From the IMG/VR virus record IMGVR_UViG_3300048861_000245, positions 1-39,221 of that record: a stretch of DNA of 39,221 nucleotides; one strand, 5' to 3'. The stretch is from a virus. Taxonomy: Duplodnaviria > Caudoviricetes. Position 1 is the first letter of the stretch. Every line of letters starts with the position of its first letter. Positions 34,207 through 39,221 of the stretch are shown here, piece after piece. The translations under genes were made by a program, and so were the position numbers. The notes beneath the pieces are model-generated. The model made no database searches, was not told where the DNA came from, and saw only the letters and a program-made list of their open reading frames with translations.

Positions 34207-35370
34207 ATGTCCCGGTGGATGATCCTCCCTCGAAGCAAATCCCTCGTGCGTGCGTACGACCCGGTCCGGTTCTGGTCCCAGCTGATCGTCGTCGAACGGC
34301 ACAACGTCACTGGCGCAGCGCCCGGCACGTGGTCGATCACCGCGGCGAACGCGGGCATGGACGGGCTGTTCACCGCAGGGAACGGCGTGATCCTGTTCCG
34401 CGACAACGTGCAGGTGATGTCCGGCTCCTTGACGGCGATCAAACGCGGGTCGTCCGTGTCGACGGTTTCCGGTGTCGCGGACACGAGCGTCCTCGGTGAC
34501 CGTGTGCTGTTCCCCGACCCGACGAAAACCATTGACCAGCAGCCCGTCGCGTACGACGACCGGTCCGGTGCCGCTGAGACGGTGTTGTTGGAGTACATCA
34601 ACGCGAACATCGGCCCGGGCGCGCTTTCCACCCGTCAGCTCACCTCGCTCCGACTTCCGGCCACGCAGGGACGTGGCACGTCGGTGTCGATCAGCAGTCG
34701 CCTCGAAGCACTGCTGGACACGGTGCAGGACATCGCGGAGATGGGCGGCCTGCACGTCGAGATCGTCCACAAGGAGGACACGTCGGGCCCGTACCTGATG
34801 CTCACGATCCGCCCGACCACGGACCGGTCGGCGAACGTCGGATTCGGCACCCAGGGCTCGTTCACTGGCGGTGTCGTCGGGTCGGACTGGTCGTACACGT
34901 TGAGCCGTCCAACGGTGACGCGCGCGATCGTCGCCGGCGGCGGGATCGGCGCGGACCGAGTGTTCGTCGAGTCGTCGTCGTCTGATGCGGAGTCGGCGTG
35001 GGGCGCAGTGGTGGAGGAGCTCGTCGACGAACGGTCGACGACGGATAATACGCAGCTGACGCAAGCGGGCACGGATGCGCTGTCGAGCGGCGCGAACCCG
35101 GTTTCGGTGTCGTTCTCGATCTCGGACAGCCCGGATCTGCAGTACCGGCGTGACTGGTTCGTCGGCGACAAGGTCGCGGTGTCCGTCGATGACCTCAACC
35201 TGACTGATGTTGTCCGGGAAGTGACGACGACGGTGCAGGTGCAGGAGGGCTCACCGACGGAAACGGTCTCCGCTGTCGTCGGTTCTCGCGATTCGTCGGC
35301 GTGGGTGTCGAAAACGAACACACAGGTCGCGAAGGCGCTTCGAGCGCTCGATTTGTTGAAAGCTACGTAG
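34207..35370 (+). CDS. Minor tail / baseplate hub protein (Gp37-like)
   Basis: AETVLLEYINANIGPGA, AIVAGGGIG..R, YRRDWFVGDKV. Confidence 0.8.
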   Translation: MSRWMILPRSKSLVRAYDPVRFWSQLIVVERHNVTGAAPGTWSITAANAGMDGLFTAGNGVILFRDNVQVMSGSLTAIKRGSSVSTVSGVADTSVLGDRVLFPDPTKTIDQQPVAYDDRSGAAETVLLEYINANIGPGALSTRQLTSLRLPATQGRGTSVSISSRLEALLDTVQDIAEMGGLHVEIVHKEDTSGPYLMLTIRPTTDRSANVGFGTQGSFTGGVVGSDWSYTLSRPTVTRAIVAGGGIGADRVFVESSSSDAESAWGAVVEELVDERSTTDNTQLTQAGTDALSSGANPVSVSFSISDSPDLQYRRDWFVGDKVAVSVDDLNLTDVVREVTTTVQVQEGSPTETVSAVVGSRDSSAWVSKTNTQVAKALRALDLLKAT

Positions 35371-35381
35371 GGAGCCGGTCC

Positions 35382-36416
35382 ATGACCGAGTATTCGCAGC
35401 CGCTTGTCGGCGTCGATCTTGAAGACGACTACTGGTCGCAGGCGGTCGGTGCGTCGGGGAACGGGATCCTCGAGGACTGGGGCAACCCGTACGCGATCAC
35501 CGTGAACACGAACGACACCGTCACGATCAAGGTGTCGTCGGTGGGTGGTGACGCTCGAGCGGTCGTCGCGGGGTTCGCGCACCGGATGGACGCGAATCAG
35601 GTTTTGAGCGTCCCGGCCGTGTCCACGACGACGACGTACTGGATCGGGCTTCTCTACGATCCGGCGTCGACGACGATTCCCGTCATGTTGAAGGTGCTCA
35701 CGGGGGCGACGCTGACTCTCGCTGCTGGGCAGCAGTTCTTGCCCATTCACCAGATCGTGCGTACTTCGGGGCAGGCGCTGCTGTCCGCGACGCTGCTGCA
35801 GATGCGTCCCCGCATCGCCCCGACAATCACTGCGCCTCAGGCAGCCGGCTTGTTGGCGACGAGCCCGAGGAGTTTCCTTTACGGCACGACCGTTTATTGC
35901 GTCGACACTGCCCGCACATACCGGGCGCTCGGCACCGCGTCGACACCGTCGTGGGCTCCGGTGAAGGACGCGATCGTCGCGGAGGACGGGACACCGCTCG
36001 CCGGCAAGAGCGTGATGCCGTCGATGTACGCACGTGTGCAGCCAGTGCAGACAATCCCGAACAACGCAGCCACCTACCTGAAGATCTCCGGAAGCTTGTA
36101 CAACGGCATCACCGCTGACAAGGTCGGCGCAGGCACCACATTCACGGTGCCGGTGTCGGGCTGGTACACGATCTCCTGCTCCGTCACACACCAGACGCAG
36201 AGCACCGAGAACACGCGGTGGATGTACATCTACAGCTCGTCGACGCTGCTCGCGCAGCAGTTCCTGAACAGTCCCATCGACGGTTCGTTCGCGATGGCGT
36301 GCTCGACGTACCTGGCGGCCGGTCAGGTGATCAGCTTCCGCGTCTACCAGCACACGGGCGATGACCTTCAGATGACTGTTCAGCAGGCGGGCATCCGGTA
36401 CCTCGGACCGCTCTGA
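35382..36416 (+). CDS. Minor tail / receptor-binding protein
   Basis: Baseplate-like N-terminus; C-terminal beta-sandwich (FTVPVSGWYTI...YLAAGQVISFRVYQ). Confidence 0.75.
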   Translation: MTEYSQPLVGVDLEDDYWSQAVGASGNGILEDWGNPYAITVNTNDTVTIKVSSVGGDARAVVAGFAHRMDANQVLSVPAVSTTTTYWIGLLYDPASTTIPVMLKVLTGATLTLAAGQQFLPIHQIVRTSGQALLSATLLQMRPRIAPTITAPQAAGLLATSPRSFLYGTTVYCVDTARTYRALGTASTPSWAPVKDAIVAEDGTPLAGKSVMPSMYARVQPVQTIPNNAATYLKISGSLYNGITADKVGAGTTFTVPVSGWYTISCSVTHQTQSTENTRWMYIYSSSTLLAQQFLNSPIDGSFAMACSTYLAAGQVISFRVYQHTGDDLQMTVQQAGIRYLGPL

Positions 36417-36433
36417 TTCCCTGCACTACTCAT

Positions 36434-36456
36434 GGCCGCCTCCGGGCGGCTTTCGT
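36434..36456 (+). terminator. Intrinsic terminator before the lysis cassette
   Basis: GGCCGCC-TCCG-GGCGGCT-TTCGT. Confidence 0.7.
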
Positions 36457-36471
36457 CGTTAAGGAGCACAT

Positions 36472-37269
36472 TTGCCGTCTCTCGTCAGAACGACCGTCGC
36501 CGCGGCGCTCGCCTACAGCGAGTCGCTGATCGGCATATCCCGGCAGTCACCAGGCTGCCCATGGACACCATTCCCGACCGTCGATGACTGCTCGTACTTC
36601 CAAAGCCACGTGCTGTTCGGCGGGAAACCCGGACCGATCGGCTGGTGCGACAACTGGAAAGAAGTCGCCACCAACCTCGGCACCTACCACCGTGGTGCCA
36701 CCGGCATCGAACCCGGCGACGTACTGCTGTTCGACTGGGACGGCAACGGTGTCGCGAACCACGTCGGCCAAGCCACCTCAGTCCTGAGTGGCGGCGTGGT
36801 GCGAACCCGTGAAGCGAACACATCCGCGGGTATCGCCGTGCGGAACACCAGCCGGGCGAAGAAGTGGATCCTGGGCTACTTCCGGCCGGCGTGGGCGACG
36901 GCGCACCTCGCGCACCCCGCGTCGAGCGTCAGCACGGGGAAGAGCTCCGCAGTCATCGCACAGCACATCATCCGATCGGAGAACGACATGTACGTCATCA
37001 AGAACACGAGCACGGGCGACGAGTTCACCGTCGGCATGCGCTACGTCCACCATCACGCCTCGAGCGCCGACGCCGTGCTCGCGTCGAAGGTGTTCAGCGA
37101 CCAGGACGAGATCCACGCGATCTCGAACGCGCAGGTCGAGTCGCTTTTCGCGACCCTCGGCATCCCTACCCGTTACGCCAACGCAGAAACCCTCGTGAAG
37201 GAGCACAGCGACCACACGTGGGACGCGCTCCGCATCACGGCAGACAAGATCGGAGCGAACCTCGCATGA
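36472..37269 (+). CDS. Endolysin (CHAP/NlpC-P60-like peptidase plus C-terminal domain)
   Basis: AAGGAG RBS with TTG start; DCSYF, PGDVLLFDW, HVG, EANT. Confidence 0.82.
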   Translation: MPSLVRTTVAAALAYSESLIGISRQSPGCPWTPFPTVDDCSYFQSHVLFGGKPGPIGWCDNWKEVATNLGTYHRGATGIEPGDVLLFDWDGNGVANHVGQATSVLSGGVVRTREANTSAGIAVRNTSRAKKWILGYFRPAWATAHLAHPASSVSTGKSSAVIAQHIIRSENDMYVIKNTSTGDEFTVGMRYVHHHASSADAVLASKVFSDQDEIHAISNAQVESLFATLGIPTRYANAETLVKEHSDHTWDALRITADKIGANLA

Positions 37270-37697
37270 GCGACAAGATTCCCGCAACCATCGACCTCCC
37301 CAACGACCTCGCTGAGGTCCGGAAACTGTTCGCGTACGTGTGGCCGCTCATCGGCGCGGTCGTGCTCGCAGCGTTCAAGACGAAGCACCTCGAACCCCAC
37401 GACATCCTCGTGATCGTCTCCGCGTTCGTAGTCGGCATCCCGCTGATCTGGCAGTTCAAGACCGGGTGGGTGAAGGGAGCGTTCTCCCTGTTCGGCGCAG
37501 TCGTCGCTGTGCTCCTCGCCTACATCACGAGCGGCATGGACTGGTCCTCGATCAACGCCCTGAATTGGACCACGGTCGGCGCTGCTGTTGTCGGGTCAGT
37601 CCTGGCGACGTTCACACCGAACAAGACCGGATACGACCCGGGCACCGCGCCGAGCCCCACAGCAGACAACCCGGCAGTTCTCACACCAGGCGTCTAA
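37266..37697 (+). CDS. Holin-like 4-TM membrane protein
   Basis: ATGA-coupled to the endolysin; four hydrophobic helices ending TPNK. Confidence 0.7.
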   Translation: MSDKIPATIDLPNDLAEVRKLFAYVWPLIGAVVLAAFKTKHLEPHDILVIVSAFVVGIPLIWQFKTGWVKGAFSLFGAVVAVLLAYITSGMDWSSINALNWTTVGAAVVGSVLATFTPNKTGYDPGTAPSPTADNPAVLTPGV

Positions 37698-37733
37698 ATC
37701 CCGCCTGGCCGCAGATCCTGGAAGGGAGAGCCG

Positions 37734-38171
37734 ATGCGATCGATCTGGTCCAAGGACTCCATGCCGCTCGTCCCGGCGCGATTCCGCCCCTTGTACACAG
37801 TGGTTCTCCCTGCCGTGGATGCGATCTTGTGCTGGTTCTCGATCGTCGCGGTCATCGTCGGATCGAAGGTCGTCGCGGACTTCACGCTCCACTGGTTCCC
37901 GTACGTGTGGGCCGGTTCGATGGGATTAGGCACCGTCCTCGCCACCTTCGGACTGGTCTTCATGCGAGACCACCTGGAGCTCGTCGGCAAGTGCGTTCTC
38001 ATCATCGGATTCGGCGTGTACGCGACCGTGCTCGGGTTCTACATCGCGGCCGGTTCGTCGTCCTCGTTGCTGACGCAAGCTCTGACGTTCGCGTTGATGG
38101 TGATTTTGGGCGGACGGGTCGGCGACCTGATCGGTGAGATCGGCCGAAAAGAGGCCGATCGTGGACGATGA
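37734..38171 (+). CDS. 4-TM membrane protein (lysis cassette)
   Basis: Four hydrophobic segments; GGGAG RBS. Confidence 0.75.
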   Translation: MRSIWSKDSMPLVPARFRPLYTVVLPAVDAILCWFSIVAVIVGSKVVADFTLHWFPYVWAGSMGLGTVLATFGLVFMRDHLELVGKCVLIIGFGVYATVLGFYIAAGSSSSLLTQALTFALMVILGGRVGDLIGEIGRKEADRGR

Positions 38172-38643
38172 CCTGATTCGTACGCTCATCCTCACCGGCG
38201 GCACCGTTGTGTCCGCTGCCTTTGGCGCTCTGGCGACTGTGAAGGGCGTTCGACGCCAACGCCGGAAGCGGCGAGAAGTCGATCCGGAGGAACGCGAAGC
38301 GGTTCAGCGGTATGCCAACGATCCCGGGCAGTTCGTGAAGGACGTGCTGGAGTCGAACCGTCAGCAGACGGTGACGATCGGCCAGCTGACGGCGCGCATC
38401 GAGAAGACCGAGAATCGGGTCCTCGCAGTCGAGCGGCAGCTGACTCGTGTCACGAGAACGCTACGCGCGGTGCGTGAGGCGTTCCGCGACTACATCCGTG
38501 CTGTGCGGGACTCGTGGGGTAAAGACCCGAAACCGCCTGCCGTCAGCGATCACATCCGGGATCTTCTCGCTGAAGACGACCTCGACGACACGTTCAATAC
38601 CGGTGAACTGGATGCAGTTCGCAACGCCCAGGAAGGCGACTGA
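38161..38643 (+). CDS. Membrane-anchored coiled-coil protein (lysis cassette)
   Basis: N-terminal TM helix, basic stretch, heptad region. Confidence 0.7.
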   Translation: MDDDLIRTLILTGGTVVSAAFGALATVKGVRRQRRKRREVDPEEREAVQRYANDPGQFVKDVLESNRQQTVTIGQLTARIEKTENRVLAVERQLTRVTRTLRAVREAFRDYIRAVRDSWGKDPKPPAVSDHIRDLLAEDDLDDTFNTGELDAVRNAQEGD

Positions 38644-39221
38644 TGACGACCAGCTACTACCGGATGCAGCAGCGTCGCGGCACTGAAGCGGATCTGCTGC
38701 AGGAGAACGACGTTCCCCTTGAGGGGGAGTGGGTTGTTGCCACGGACACGGGGAAGGCGTGGATCGGTGACGGTGCGACTGCATTGTCGGACATCACGGC
38801 GCTCGGCCCCGTGACTGTCGATCCGTCCACCGGGTTGGTGCGGTTCTCGGATCCTGCCGGGTCCCAAACCGCGACCATCGATCCATCGACGTACTTGTTC
38901 CCAGACTCCGTGATGCAAGCATTGCAGAACGCCTTCGGCGGGTCAGGTGTCTCGAACGCGAGCGTGGCCAAGAACCCAGACCTTCTGATCGTTGGAGCAA
39001 TCACACGGGACACAAACGACGTCATCGCTACCGCTGCTGTGACTTGGCCGGACGGAACACAAGGGACTTTCACCACCGACACGGTGGATGCCTCGGGCGC
39101 GATTAGCGCCTACCACATCACCTACGGCAGCAACCCCGTTGTGCACACCTACACGCAACCGACGATCACGCGGGACTCGTCGGGCGCTGCAACCAACGTT
39201 CCGCAGATAGTGGTGAGCTGA
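38643..39221 (+). CDS. Short tail-fibre-like protein (Mtd/hyaluronidase-type N-terminus)
   Basis: RMQQRRGT..L.EGE....DTGK..IGDG; C-terminal VTWPDGT.G...YTQPTITRD domain. Confidence 0.7.
   Translation: MTTSYYRMQQRRGTEADLLQENDVPLEGEWVVATDTGKAWIGDGATALSDITALGPVTVDPSTGLVRFSDPAGSQTATIDPSTYLFPDSVMQALQNAFGGSGVSNASVAKNPDLLIVGAITRDTNDVIATAAVTWPDGTQGTFTTDTVDASGAISAYHITYGSNPVVHTYTQPTITRDSSGAATNVPQIVVS

Larger units (their letters stand above)
1..39221. mobile_element. Temperate actinobacterial siphovirus / prophage (integrase not in window)
   Basis: Ordered immunity, recombination, replication, packaging, head, tail and lysis modules, beginning at a tRNA 3' end. Confidence 0.95.

Noticed and set aside
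34635-36353. Long minus-strand ORFs (also 20168-21667, 4062-5312, 29840-31078)
   Set aside because: These are antisense shadows of high-GC genes, Arg-rich or without motifs, and they overlap well-supported + strand genes.
38643-39221. DGR target suggested by the Mtd-like N-terminus
   Set aside because: No C-type lectin-like variable region, template repeat or reverse transcriptase is visible; sequence beyond the window cannot be assessed.

Overview
The window is an almost complete temperate siphovirus, most likely a prophage, of a high-GC actinobacterium. Its SSB resembles those of Microbacteriaceae (inference). It starts at an att junction: the 3' half of a tRNA-Asn(GTT) at 1-40, whose antisense strand encodes the C-terminus and stop codon of the XRE repressor, the layout of integration-dependent immunity. 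Next come a divergent cro-like gene and a long rightward early operon: a sortase-type LAXTG cell-wall protein, RuvC-like resolvase, Ala-repeat protein, YqaJ exonuclease with AAA recombinase, a methyltransferase remnant, replication initiator with iterons, helicase loader, DnaB, SSB, HNH and an XF1762/Mom-like protein. A late promoter, terminator and structured leader follow (15.5-15.8 kb), then many small Zn-binding and HNH genes, and a probable packaging-origin region (~19.2 kb). The rest holds terminase, portal, MuF-like, scaffold, capsid, head-tail and tail genes (with a -1 frameshift chaperone), a lysis cassette and a final fibre-like gene. No integrase is visible; it is expected beyond the right edge. 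Three genes look damaged. The least routine elements are the early sortase-anchored surface protein, the tRNA-embedded repressor end, the Mom-like gene, two structured RNA leaders and a 31-unit hexamer repeat. All family calls come from motif recognition by eye, without database searches.
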